Below, piece after piece: positions 48,218-58,533 of a stretch of 64,000 bases of DNA. Origin of the DNA: a virus; IMG/VR virus record IMGVR_UViG_3300021963_009993, positions 117,261 through 181,260 of that record. One strand, written 5' to 3'. Within the stretch, counting starts at the first letter, position 1; each line of letters begins with the position of its first letter. Made by a program: the position numbers and the translations under genes. A model generated the notes under the pieces. The model searched no databases, was not told the DNA's origin, and worked only from the letters and a program-made list of their open reading frames with translations.

Positions 48218-49230
48218 CCACCTGTTTCAACTGCTTCCAAACAAACTTTTTCATAATTTTCTACCATATTCTCATATGAAAATTGGGAAGCCCATTCTCT
48301 GCAATTTTCTGGCTTGATACTGGCAACAGCGTTTGATTTGACCAATTCATCTATTTCTTCTTTAGAAGTAACCAAGAATCCAGTTTCACCATGTTTAATG
48401 GTTTCTCGCATAGCTCCATTATCCCATGCTATAACTGGCATTCCACATAGTTGTGACTCAACTGGAGCTAGACCAAAAGGCTCTCTAAATTGTTGATTAG
48501 GATGTAATAAAGCTTTATTGCGATTAAACCATTCTACACATTCTGCTCTACTTTGTGGGCCAACATACCTCAAATTTGGATTCACATTACAAGCATTTTT
48601 TACTTCTGTAACTAATTGTGGTTCTCCAGTAAGAGTATCATCACCAACTAAATCCAAATTAACTCCGGTTGTAATTGCAACATTACAAGCTATGTGTGGG
48701 CCTTTTATTGTGCTAATTCTTGCAAGAAACAAATACCTATCATTTCTTTTCTTTTTTAAATTTTTATAAAAATCAACATCAACCCCGTTATAAACTGTTC
48801 TTGTTTCTAATTTCAAATGTTCTTTGCAAGCATCTCCTTGATCATTACTTATTGTAACAAAACAGGGCTTTTCAACAGGAGGAACTTCATTGTACATAGT
48901 GTGAATTGGAGCATGTAAAACACCTAGTACTGGGCATTTAATTACTCCTTGCATCTTTGCTACATATGACCACTTTTCCCAACTATGATCGATGATAACA
49001 TCAAATTCTTTTAGTTTTTCAACATAACCAAGATAAGCATATCTTTCTTTTTCTCCCAAAGTAGTTCCGTGCAACTCTGTTTCAGTTGTTGATTCTTTGG
49101 GAGCAATTAAGGTTACTTCATGTCCTTTTTTGTGAAGTCCATTAGCACATTGCCAGCTAATCATCTCTAAACCGGCATAACCATCTGGTGGACATTTAAT
49201 TACAGTTGTAGATATTACACAGATTTTCAT
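48211..49230 (-). CDS. Glycosyltransferase family 4 (GT-B)
   Basis: PPDGYAGLE, ARISTIKG, REPFGLAPVESQLCGMPVI. Confidence 0.9.
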   Translation of the reverse strand: MKICVISTTVIKCPPDGYAGLEMISWQCANGLHKKGHEVTLIAPKESTTETELHGTTLGEKERYAYLGYVEKLKEFDVIIDHSWEKWSYVAKMQGVIKCPVLGVLHAPIHTMYNEVPPVEKPCFVTISNDQGDACKEHLKLETRTVYNGVDVDFYKNLKKKRNDRYLFLARISTIKGPHIACNVAITTGVNLDLVGDDTLTGEPQLVTEVKNACNVNPNLRYVGPQSRAECVEWFNRNKALLHPNQQFREPFGLAPVESQLCGMPVIAWDNGAMRETIKHGETGFLVTSKEEIDELVKSNAVASIKPENCREWASQFSYENMVENYEKVCLEAVETGGW

Positions 49231-49883
49231 TAGATCACCGCCGGTTGATAAATATTTTCGCCACTTTCAGATAGACCCACATGTAGACACTTCACAGATG
49301 TGTCTACATAAATTTTAACACCTAAAGTTTTCTTGATATGCTTGCAAAATGCAAAATCTTCGCTGACTCTTTCTTTTGGGTCTAAGTCTGGTCTGTCACA
49401 TCTCCATTCAAACCATCTGCACTTTTCGCTTATTGGCGGGGTTGCAAGCAACAAATCTCTGTGAATCAACATGCAACCCGAACCAACCATATCCACTTCC
49501 ACTAATTCATTCTGTCTATATTCTGTTATCCATTTTGGCACACCATCTTCTTGCTCTTTGAGCATTACAGGATATAAAGGCAAGTTTCTCCTGTAGTAAA
49601 GACCACTCACTATAGGTAATTTATGATTCATCAATTTGAAAATTGCGTCATGTGGCAAAATCATGTCGTCATCTAAAAAGAATAACCATTCCCAATCAAG
49701 ATCTAAGAGTCTGTTGCATGCTGTGTTTCTTGCATGATCGAATGGCATTCCACTAAAAAAAGCAAATGTTCCGGGTATTTGCAAATTTCTAAAATTTGAT
49801 GCCCATTTGGTCGTAACCATTTCTCTGGTTAATATACAAGTAAGAACTCTGTTTTGTTTTATTATTTCCCATGATCCAGCCAT
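49230..49883 (-). CDS. Glycosyltransferase family 2-like (GT-A)
   Basis: DHARN, LFFLDDD (DxD), VGSGCMLI, SEDFAFC. Confidence 0.85.
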   Translation of the reverse strand: MAGSWEIIKQNRVLTCILTREMVTTKWASNFRNLQIPGTFAFFSGMPFDHARNTACNRLLDLDWEWLFFLDDDMILPHDAIFKLMNHKLPIVSGLYYRRNLPLYPVMLKEQEDGVPKWITEYRQNELVEVDMVGSGCMLIHRDLLLATPPISEKCRWFEWRCDRPDLDPKERVSEDFAFCKHIKKTLGVKIYVDTSVKCLHVGLSESGENIYQPAVI

Positions 49884-49955
49884 TTATTCACCATTTGTTG
49901 CTTGTTTTCAAAAATAAAATAGTAGATTTATTAAATTTTTAACTATAATTATTTT

Positions 49956-51329
49956 ATGCTAAAGAAAATTTTAAACGATGATTGGAAATGGTGGACTTGG
50001 GTTTTTTGGAAAAACAGCGGTGGCAACAAAGATGCTGTTTTTCAAGTTCTTCTAAATCATGGATTTGATTTTGATTCAATAAGCAAAGAATTGAATTACA
50101 CACCTACAAATGATTTTATTCTTAACAGAAAATCAACACAGTTAAACTTAAACAAAGAACCGAATGTAATAATTGGAGATCTTTGTAAAAATTTTGCAGA
50201 CAATCCAAACTTTATCAGAATAGACTCAAATGATTTGGAAATTTATTATTCTCCAGCTGTTTTAACACAGGAAGAATGTGACAAAATAATATCAGAAGTA
50301 CAATTAAACGAAGAAGGAATAAAGTATCCAAATTTTGAAAATTTTGAAGCCATGAAGGTTGCTAATTCTAAAATAAACCAAGCTTGCAAAATTACAGACA
50401 AGGATCATATTGATTTTGAATTTATAAAAATACCCAAGGACACACCCAATAATTGCAAAAACGATTGGGAAATAAATGCAAAAAGAACATGGACAATTTT
50501 AATTTTTCTACATGACACAGAAAATCCATGTTATGGATTTCCTTTTTTGCCTAAGTATTTCAAAGGTGTTAAAGGTGGAATACTAATTTGGAACAATTAT
50601 TTAGCTGATGATACAGCGAATGGTTTTTCAGAAAACTGCGTTTATAAATCAGAAATTGAAAATTGGTTTTCAATCAAAAAACACTTTTCTTTTTACAAAC
50701 CAGAACCAGAAGTTATTCCTGAATTTAATCAAAAATTAATTAACAATCCGATGTGTAAAAAAATTGATACATCGAAGTTGGAAATTTATGAAGTCGAAGA
50801 TTTTATGTCTGAATCCGAGTGCAATGAATTTTTGGAAAATATGGCTGATAAATTGTTGCCATCAACTGTAACAAATCCAGAAGCTGAAAAATCTGTTAGA
50901 ACAAGTTCTACAGCATATCTTAAAAGAAATGAGTTTTTAGAAAAATTAGACAAAAAATTTCATGATTTCATCGATGTCCCACAAGGATTTTCAGAGGAAT
51001 TTCAGGGACAAAGATATTTGGTTGGACAAGAATTCAAACAGCATAATGATTGGTTTGATGAAAATTCAACATACAATAAAGTTCATTTAAATATGGGACA
51101 AAGAACTTGGACTTTTATGGTTTATCTTAATGATGTTGAAGAAGGTGGAGAAACTGAATTTACAAAACTAAAATTATCAATCAAACCAAAGAAGGGTAAA
51201 GCTGTCATATGGCAAAACCTTTACGCTGACGGTCGTGGCAATCCATTTTCTGAACATGCTGGCAAACCTGTAATTAAGGGTGAAAAAAACATTGTTACTA
51301 AATGGTTTAGACAACGAAGTAGCACATAA
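49956..51329 (+). CDS. Prolyl 4-hydroxylase-like 2OG-Fe(II) oxygenase (degenerate domain plus intact domain)
   Basis: C-domain: RTSSTAYL, Q.QRY..GQEFKQHNDW (HxD), QRTWTFMVYLNDVEEGGET.F, SEHAG..V.KGEK...TKW. Confidence 0.88.
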   Translation: MLKKILNDDWKWWTWVFWKNSGGNKDAVFQVLLNHGFDFDSISKELNYTPTNDFILNRKSTQLNLNKEPNVIIGDLCKNFADNPNFIRIDSNDLEIYYSPAVLTQEECDKIISEVQLNEEGIKYPNFENFEAMKVANSKINQACKITDKDHIDFEFIKIPKDTPNNCKNDWEINAKRTWTILIFLHDTENPCYGFPFLPKYFKGVKGGILIWNNYLADDTANGFSENCVYKSEIENWFSIKKHFSFYKPEPEVIPEFNQKLINNPMCKKIDTSKLEIYEVEDFMSESECNEFLENMADKLLPSTVTNPEAEKSVRTSSTAYLKRNEFLEKLDKKFHDFIDVPQGFSEEFQGQRYLVGQEFKQHNDWFDENSTYNKVHLNMGQRTWTFMVYLNDVEEGGETEFTKLKLSIKPKKGKAVIWQNLYADGRGNPFSEHAGKPVIKGEKNIVTKWFRQRSST

Positions 51330-51331
51330 AA

Positions 51332-52294
51332 TCAAACAAGATTGTTTTCCTTTATGTATTTGGCAATTTCATCGTTTGCAAAACTATCTGTAACTTGTGA
51401 ATTCTTTACAGGAATATCCATAAAGAATTTCAAAACTTTCTTTATGGATTTTTTGTTCTTTATAAACTTGGCAAAATTTTCACCATTTTTAACATAAAGT
51501 TTCTGTAACCAAATCGGCCCTGTGCTAAACATCCATTCACGGAATTTAATCCAATCTCTGTTATCCACTCCGTATACTTCTCTAGCAACCCAACATGGTG
51601 TTGGTGGTGGACTTGGTGAAGGAGATGGTGAAGGTGGTGGACTTGGTGAAGGAGATGGTGAAGGTGGTGGACTTGGCGGTGGTGAAGGTGGAGGTGAAGG
51701 TGGTGTTGGTGGTGGACTCGGCGGTGGTGAAGGTGGTGCTGCCGTTGTGCTACTAGTTGTAGAAGTGGTTGTAGTAGTTGTTGTTGTTGTTGTAGTTGTT
51801 GTTGTCATTGTAGAAGCATTTTCAATATTTGATCCTGAATATGTATAGGTGCCACCATCTGCATAAACATAGGATGAATCTACAGCCGATGGTATTATGT
51901 TATCTGTAATTGTTAGTTCTACTGTATCTGTGCTATAGACTGTTCCTGTTATAGAATAATCTGCTGTCATATCTGTAGAACTGTATGAACTTAAAGATAT
52001 TGTTCTGGAAACAGTATTTACTTTAAATGTAAGCCCTGCTGCTGCCTGAGCCATAACATAATCATCAAAAGAAAAACCTGCTGGTATATTTACTGGCTGT
52101 GTAAAACCTACTTGCAATACAGTTCCAGCTGAAGTAATCTTGGGTTTTGGTCTAGGAGGTGGAGCATAAGGATTAGTTACAGGTTTAGTTGCTGTACCGG
52201 GATAAATTACGACTGGCAAGCCATTACCACCGCCAGCACAAGTGCCAACACCACCATTTGGTCTTCGTTTGCATCTTCTTGTAATTCCAGCCAT
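51332..52294 (-). CDS. Thr-/Ser-Pro-rich (extensin/mucin-like) protein with C-terminal CWVAREVYG domain
   Basis: Poly-Thr tract, PPSPPPSPPPTPPSPPP...SPSPSPPP; ATG 52294 overlaps the TAA of the giant fibre gene. Confidence 0.8.
   Translation of the reverse strand: MAGITRRCKRRPNGGVGTCAGGGNGLPVVIYPGTATKPVTNPYAPPPRPKPKITSAGTVLQVGFTQPVNIPAGFSFDDYVMAQAAAGLTFKVNTVSRTISLSSYSSTDMTADYSITGTVYSTDTVELTITDNIIPSAVDSSYVYADGGTYTYSGSNIENASTMTTTTTTTTTTTTTTSTTSSTTAAPPSPPPSPPPTPPSPPPSPPPSPPPSPSPSPSPPPSPSPSPSPPPTPCWVAREVYGVDNRDWIKFREWMFSTGPIWLQKLYVKNGENFAKFIKNKKSIKKVLKFFMDIPVKNSQVTDSFANDEIAKYIKENNLV
51603..51735 (-). repeat. Coding microsatellite-like Ser-Pro repeats including a 30-nt duplicated unit
   Basis: GGTGGTGGACTTGGTGAAGGAGATGGTGAA twice at 51603-51662. 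Confidence 0.8.
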
Positions 52295-55200
52295 TATGCC
52301 ACTCTCCATCCAGCAGAAGCAGAACCATTATTTGTTGAATCGTAAATTAATTCAGCATAATCATTCGGACCTAAAATTATATCTGTTCCTTGTATATTGA
52401 AAAATTTATTGCCTGCACTAGATGAAGCAGAATTATGGGTGAGTGTAATATTTGCTGTTCCAACATTATACAATTTTATAATTTCCCCATCAGAACCAGC
52501 TGTTATACCTGTAATTGATGAAGCGGTAGTGCAATTTACACGCAAGAAAGATCCTCCTCCGGGTGCCCAGTTATTCTGGCTAGCCGTGAGATTTACAGTA
52601 GTTGATGTAAATCTAACTCTTGAGCTAAATTGACCAGTAGTTCCAAAGACAGTACCACCAGACATATTTGTTGCCGTTGTTGCTGTAGTAGCATTACCAG
52701 CTAAAGCACCTGTAAGATTCGTTGCTGTTATTGCGGTTAGTCCAGATATAATAGAAGCTGTTGCACCAAGACTTACTGATGTAGAACCGATTGTTACTGA
52801 ACTGTTTGTAAGGCTTGCGTTTGCGATACTACCAGCAAGGATATGAGGGCTACCAATGACATTGGCACCGATTTGTCCAGAAAGAATACTGGCAGCAGCA
52901 TGATGATTAGTACCAACAGAGCCAGAAGCAATAAGACCACTAACAACACCAGCATTAGGTATGCTAAAAGTAACATTACCAGTACCGGCACTAACACTAA
53001 TGCCAGTACCAGCAGTAGCTTGTGTAACACCAGCGTTAGTAAGAGTAACACTTGAACCAAGAGATACTGCACCACCACCAGCAAGACCAGTACCAGCTGT
53101 TACTGTTACAGAAGAGTTTGCAAGTTTAGTGTTTGAAATAGTTGAGTTAGTAATATTAGCATCGTTAACAGCACTAGCACCAAGCATACCACTAGTAATG
53201 TTGCCACTAGTGATACTCCAAGTTTGAGCAGCAGAGCCATTGAAAGATGAACCAGTTAAACCAGCACCAGCACTATGACTATTAGTTGTATTTGCTGTTA
53301 TTGTAATATCAGCAGATCCATTGAAACTTGTGCCATTAATGTTTTTTGCGGTTTGAAGTGTAGTTGCAGTACTAGCATTGCCAGTTAAAGCACCAGTAAA
53401 TGTAGTAGCAGCAACACTAGTTAAGCCAGCCAAGGTTGTAGCAGTTGAACCTAAACTTACTGATGTAGAACCAATAGTTACTGAAGAGTTGGCAAGATTA
53501 GCGTTTGCGATAGTACTTGCAGCTATTTTGGCACCAGTAATCTGACCAGAAGCTATGTTTCCAGTAACGATAGCATTGTCACCAAGATCACCAGAGACAA
53601 CAGCACCTGAAGCTAATTGAGTTCCAGTAATACTACCACTAGCAATACTAAAAGTAACATTGCCAGTACCAGCACTAACACTAATGCCAGTACCAGCGGT
53701 AGCTTGAGTGACACCAGTATTTGTAAAAGTAACACTACCAGTACCAGCACTAACACTAATGCCAGTACCAGCGGTAGCTTGAGTAACACCTGCATTAGTA
53801 AGAGTAACGCTTGAACCAAGAGATACTGCACCACCACCAGTAAGACCAGTACCAGCTGTTACTGTTACAGAAGAGTTTGCAAGATTTGTATTCGCAATAG
53901 TACTTGCAGCTATATGGCTTCCTCCTATTTGACCAGAAGCAATATTGCCACTTGTTACTGCGTTGTTTCCAATGTTTCCACTAACAATTGTTCCGCTAGA
54001 TAAAGTTGGAGAAGATATGTTTGTTGAAGAAGCATTACCACCAGCTGTTATGTCTAAGTAAAATCCTCTTGCCAAACCACCTTGTTCAAAAAATCTTAAT
54101 TTGTTTTGATAAACATCGATTACTACACCAGTTCCAGATATTGTAGTGTTTGTAACAGGTTTTGCAAGTTGTATTTCACCACCTTCATCACCAACAGAAT
54201 TTGTAGACTTAATATATGTTGCAGATAAATTAGTTCCATCCCATGTTAAATTTGATGTTGAACCAAATGAATTTCCATTATTAAATTGAATTTGACCAGA
54301 AGAACCGTTTGGAATCGCACTTGCAAGTACACCACTTGCCAAATGATTTAAACCTATTTGACCAGAAGCAATACTTCCACTTATTACAGCACTAGCACCA
54401 AGCATGCCACTAGTAATGTTACCACTAGTGATACTCCAAGTTTGAGCAGAAGATCCGTTGAATGAAGATCCGGTAATACCAGCACCAGCACTATGAATAT
54501 TAGTTGTGTTTGCTGTTATTGTAATATCAGCAGATCCATTGAAACTTGTACCGTTGATACTTCTTGCTGTTTGAAGTGTAGTTGCAGTACTAGCATTGCC
54601 AGTTAAAGCACCAGTAAATGTAGTAGCAGCAACACTAGTTAAGCCAGCCAAGGTTGTAGCAGTTGAACCTAGGCTTACTGATGTAGAACCGATTGTTACT
54701 GAACTGTTTGTAAGGCTTGCGTTTGCGATACTACCAGCAAGTATATGAGGACTACCAATGACATTAGCACCGATTTGTCCAGAAAGAATACTGGAAGCAG
54801 CATGATGATTAGTACCAACAGAGCCAGAAGCAATAAGACCACTAACAACACCAGCATTAGGTATGCTAAAAGTAACATTTCCAGTACCGGCACTAACACT
54901 AATGCCAGTACCAGCAGTAGCTTGTGTAACACCAGCGTTAGTAAGAGTAACGCTTGAACCGAGAGATACTGCACCACCACCAGTAAGACCAGTACCAGCT
55001 GTTACTGTTACAGAAGAGTTTGCAAGTTTAGCGTTTGAAATAGTTGAGTTAGTAATATTAGCATCATTGACAGCACTAGCACCAAGCATCCCACTAGTAA
55101 TGTTGCCACTAGTGATACTCCAAGTTTGAGCAGCAGAGCCATTGAAAGATGAACCAGTTAAACCAGCACCAGCACTATGGCTATTAGTTGTGTTTGCTGT

Positions 55201-58200
55201 TATTGTAATATCAGCAGATCCATTAAAACTTGTACCGTTGATACTTCTTGCGGTTTGAAGTGTAGTTGCAGTACTAGCATTACCAGTTAAAGCACCAGTA
55301 AATGTAGTAGCAGCAACACTAGTTAAGCCAGCCAAGGTTGTAGCAGTTGAACCTAGGCTTACTGATGTAGAACCGATTGTTACTGAACTATTGGCAAGGT
55401 TAGCGTTTGCAATAGTACTTGCAGCTATTTTGGCACCAGTAACTTGACCGGAAGCGATGGCATTTGTTGAAACGCTATTATCACCTAACAGTCCACTAAC
55501 GATGGCACCAGAACCAACAGCAATAGTGACAGCACCAGAGCCATTATAAGACCCACCAGTAAGACCAGTACCAATTGTTAATGCTGCATTATTGTAAGAA
55601 GCACCTAGTGCAGTACTGGCACCATTAATTGTTACTGTAGAGTTTGCAAGGCTTGCGTTTGCGATACTACCAGCAAGTATATGAGGACTACCGATGACAT
55701 TGGCACCGATTTGTCCAGAAAGAATACTGGCAGCAGCATGATGATTAGTACCAACAGAGCCAGAAGCAATTTTACCACTAGTTACAGCATTGTCAGCAAC
55801 ATCAGCATTTATAACGGCCCCGGAAGCTATGTGTTCAGCCGTAATACTTCCACTAGCAATCTTGACACCAGTAACCTGACCAGAGGCGATGGCGTTCGTT
55901 GAAACGCTATTGTCACCTAAAAGTCCACTAACGATAGCACCAGAACCAACAGCAATAGTGATAGCACCAGAACCATTGTAAGAACCACCAGTAAGGCCAG
56001 TACCAATAGTTAATGCTGCGTTGTTATAAGATGCACCTAGTGCAGTACTTGCACCATTGATTGTTACTGAAGAGTTTACAAGATTTGCATTAGCAATAGT
56101 ACTTGCAGCTATTTTGGCACCAGTAACTTGACCGGAAGCGATGCTGCCTGTAACTACAGCATTGTCACCAAGATCACCAGAGACAACAGCACCTGAAGCT
56201 AATTGGGTTCCAGTAATACTTCCACTAGCTATACTAAAAGTAACATTTCCAGTACCGGCACTAACATTAATGCCAGTACCAGCAGTAGCTTGAGTAACAC
56301 CAGTATTTGTTAGTGTTACTCCACCAGTAGTTGCAGTTGCACTAATTCCAGTACTACCACTTATACTTGTAACACCAGCGTTAGTAAGAGTAACGCTTGA
56401 ACCGAGAGATACTGCACCACCACCAGTAAGACCAGTACCAGCTGTTACTGTTACAGAAGAGTTTGCAAGTTTAGCGTTTGAAATAGTTGAGTTAGTAATA
56501 TTAGCATCATTGACAGCACTAGCACCAAGCATCCCACTAGTAATGTTGCCACTAGTGATACTCCAAGTTTGAGCAGCAGAGCCATTGAAAGATGAACCAG
56601 TTAAACCAGCACCAGCACTATGGCTATTAGTTGTGTTTGCTGTTATTGTAATATCAGCAGATCCATTAAAACTTGTACCATTGATGCTTCTTGCAGTTTG
56701 AAGTGTAGTTGCAGTACTAGCATTACCAGTTAAAGCACCAGTAAATGTAGTAGCAGCAACACTAGTTAAGCCAGCCAAGGTTGTAGCAGTTGAACCTAGG
56801 CTTACTGATGTGGAGCCAATCGTTACCGAAGAATTGGCAAGGTTAGCGTTTGCAATAGTACTTGCAGCTATTTTGGCACCAGTAACTTGACCGGAAGCGA
56901 TGGCATTTGTTGAAACGCTATTATCACCTAGCAGTCCACTAACGATGGCACCAGAACCGATGGCAATAGTGACAGCACCAGAACCATTGTAAGACCCGCC
57001 AGTTAATCCAGTACCGATTGTTAATGCTGCATTGTTATAAGAAGCACCTAGTGCAGTACTTGCACCATTAATTGTTACTGAACTATTGGCAAGGTTTGCA
57101 TTTGCAACACTACTTGCAGCTATATGGTTTCCTCCTATTTGACCAGAAGCAATGTTGCCACTTGTTACAGAAGAATTTGCCAAAAATGAATTTATTATAG
57201 ATCCACTACCAATATTAATTGTTGTATTATTTGCACCATTAAATGAACCGGCTGCAAATCCAGAGCCAAATGTAAGCGTACCAGAAATTGTTGCACTTAC
57301 TGAACCAGAACCACCTAATGATATTGAATTTCCATTAATCATAATAGAACTATTTTGTAAATTCGCATTTGTAATTGCTGAAGCAGCAATATGACTTGTG
57401 CCAATTTGGCCAGAAGCAATATTCCCACTCATGATAGAACTTGCTGCTATATTTCCGCTAGATACAGAACCAGATCCCAAACTACCAGCAGGTATTGGAG
57501 TTGTTGTTGTTGCTGGAGGAGAGGTTGTGGGTGTTTGATAAATAGTGTATGCTGTTAAACTATAATTTATAAAATTTGAAGTATTATACCAAGACATATG
57601 TTCAAAAATTGATGTGGGACTTGATAATCCAGCATTTGTGACAGCCTCAACAGTAAAAGATTCGGTGTTTATTATCGTTATTGTGTTATCACCTATATTA
57701 TTTGGTGTGAAAATACTCACATCAAAATCAACATTTGCTTTGGTGCTGTTTGTCCATGTTGTTCTAGGATAACCAACAATATCATATTCATTTCCAGATT
57801 CTAATAGTTTAAACCTTAATGTTACTGAAGTTTTTGTTGTTCCACTAAACTGTTTGAGTTTTAACGATAGGGTTTTCAACGAACCCATAGAACTATTGGC
57901 AGTTCTGAAAACAAAACCTTGATAAGTCGCAAGACTTACAGAAGAAATATCTGCAACTTCAAGGCAATTTAATACTAAAGGATTGTTTACAGCTAAAGCT
58001 TGAGTTACTGTTGTTGCGCTAGTAACAGCCATATTACCACTAGATAAAGCTTGCTTGGCATAACTATCAGCATTTGTTACATTTAAATATAAATTTGTTA
58101 AATTAGAAAAAGATAAATTTTGTTGTAATCCACTTGAGTCTGTTACCGGATATGGCGACAATCCAAATTGCGCTCTATCTTTTGATAAAGAATATGTACT

Positions 58201-58500
58201 TGATAAATCAGATATTGACTCATCATTTAAAGGATAAAAATAACCAGAAAATGTATTATAATTTGAATTTTTGAATGTATAGTATCCTGATGATAATTCA
58301 ATTAATTTGTTGCTCATAGCAACATAAAGATCTCGTCCACTTGATATAAGTTGGGTTGCTGAGTTAATTTGCCCAGAAGTCGTTGTTGGGGCGTAATTTA
58401 TGGAATAATTACCACTTCCCGTATGAGACATAGTTAAAAGAGGAGCTATTTGATTTACTTTATACATCAAATAACCAAAATTATCATAATTTAAAGCCAT
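52294..58500 (-). CDS. Giant repetitive tail-fibre/adhesin-like protein (2068 aa)
   Basis: S/T/G/A/N/I-rich, few charged residues; GNASTATTLQTARSING fibre motif; repeated modules; compact C-terminal tip domain. Confidence 0.8.
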   Translation of the reverse strand: MALNYDNFGYLMYKVNQIAPLLTMSHTGSGNYSINYAPTTTSGQINSATQLISSGRDLYVAMSNKLIELSSGYYTFKNSNYNTFSGYFYPLNDESISDLSSTYSLSKDRAQFGLSPYPVTDSSGLQQNLSFSNLTNLYLNVTNADSYAKQALSSGNMAVTSATTVTQALAVNNPLVLNCLEVADISSVSLATYQGFVFRTANSSMGSLKTLSLKLKQFSGTTKTSVTLRFKLLESGNEYDIVGYPRTTWTNSTKANVDFDVSIFTPNNIGDNTITIINTESFTVEAVTNAGLSSPTSIFEHMSWYNTSNFINYSLTAYTIYQTPTTSPPATTTTPIPAGSLGSGSVSSGNIAASSIMSGNIASGQIGTSHIAASAITNANLQNSSIMINGNSISLGGSGSVSATISGTLTFGSGFAAGSFNGANNTTINIGSGSIINSFLANSSVTSGNIASGQIGGNHIAASSVANANLANSSVTINGASTALGASYNNAALTIGTGLTGGSYNGSGAVTIAIGSGAIVSGLLGDNSVSTNAIASGQVTGAKIAASTIANANLANSSVTIGSTSVSLGSTATTLAGLTSVAATTFTGALTGNASTATTLQTARSINGTSFNGSADITITANTTNSHSAGAGLTGSSFNGSAAQTWSITSGNITSGMLGASAVNDANITNSTISNAKLANSSVTVTAGTGLTGGGAVSLGSSVTLTNAGVTSISGSTGISATATTGGVTLTNTGVTQATAGTGINVSAGTGNVTFSIASGSITGTQLASGAVVSGDLGDNAVVTGSIASGQVTGAKIAASTIANANLVNSSVTINGASTALGASYNNAALTIGTGLTGGSYNGSGAITIAVGSGAIVSGLLGDNSVSTNAIASGQVTGVKIASGSITAEHIASGAVINADVADNAVTSGKIASGSVGTNHHAAASILSGQIGANVIGSPHILAGSIANASLANSTVTINGASTALGASYNNAALTIGTGLTGGSYNGSGAVTIAVGSGAIVSGLLGDNSVSTNAIASGQVTGAKIAASTIANANLANSSVTIGSTSVSLGSTATTLAGLTSVAATTFTGALTGNASTATTLQTARSINGTSFNGSADITITANTTNSHSAGAGLTGSSFNGSAAQTWSITSGNITSGMLGASAVNDANITNSTISNAKLANSSVTVTAGTGLTGGGAVSLGSSVTLTNAGVTQATAGTGISVSAGTGNVTFSIPNAGVVSGLIASGSVGTNHHAASSILSGQIGANVIGSPHILAGSIANASLTNSSVTIGSTSVSLGSTATTLAGLTSVAATTFTGALTGNASTATTLQTARSINGTSFNGSADITITANTTNIHSAGAGITGSSFNGSSAQTWSITSGNITSGMLGASAVISGSIASGQIGLNHLASGVLASAIPNGSSGQIQFNNGNSFGSTSNLTWDGTNLSATYIKSTNSVGDEGGEIQLAKPVTNTTISGTGVVIDVYQNKLRFFEQGGLARGFYLDITAGGNASSTNISSPTLSSGTIVSGNIGNNAVTSGNIASGQIGGSHIAASTIANTNLANSSVTVTAGTGLTGGGAVSLGSSVTLTNAGVTQATAGTGISVSAGTGSVTFTNTGVTQATAGTGISVSAGTGNVTFSIASGSITGTQLASGAVVSGDLGDNAIVTGNIASGQITGAKIAASTIANANLANSSVTIGSTSVSLGSTATTLAGLTSVAATTFTGALTGNASTATTLQTAKNINGTSFNGSADITITANTTNSHSAGAGLTGSSFNGSAAQTWSITSGNITSGMLGASAVNDANITNSTISNTKLANSSVTVTAGTGLAGGGAVSLGSSVTLTNAGVTQATAGTGISVSAGTGNVTFSIPNAGVVSGLIASGSVGTNHHAAASILSGQIGANVIGSPHILAGSIANASLTNSSVTIGSTSVSLGATASIISGLTAITATNLTGALAGNATTATTATNMSGGTVFGTTGQFSSRVRFTSTTVNLTASQNNWAPGGGSFLRVNCTTASSITGITAGSDGEIIKLYNVGTANITLTHNSASSSAGNKFFNIQGTDIILGPNDYAELIYDSTNNGSASAGWRVA
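52790..57130 (-). repeat. Interspersed long direct repeats (about 0.2-0.5 kb modules) inside the fibre gene
   Basis: For example 52794-53227 vs 54696-55129; 53024-53500, 54928-55400 and 56370-56840; inspected differences are mostly synonymous. Confidence 0.9.
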
Positions 58501-58533
58501 TTTTTCACCTTTGTCTTATTTATCCATTCAATT

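Noticed and set aside
49956-51329. TET/JBP DNA-base hydroxylase
   Set aside because: Motifs fit the P4Hc type (QRTWTFMVYLNDVEEGGET, HAG..V.KGEK) rather than TET/JBP; DNA modification by the GTs is not excluded
51522-51848. Gly/Val-rich + strand ORF
   Set aside because: Antisense shadow of the Pro/Thr repeats
52790-57130. Repeats as a diversity-generating retroelement TR/VR pair
   Set aside because: Inspected differences are mostly synonymous rather than adenine-specific, and no reverse transcriptase lies in the window
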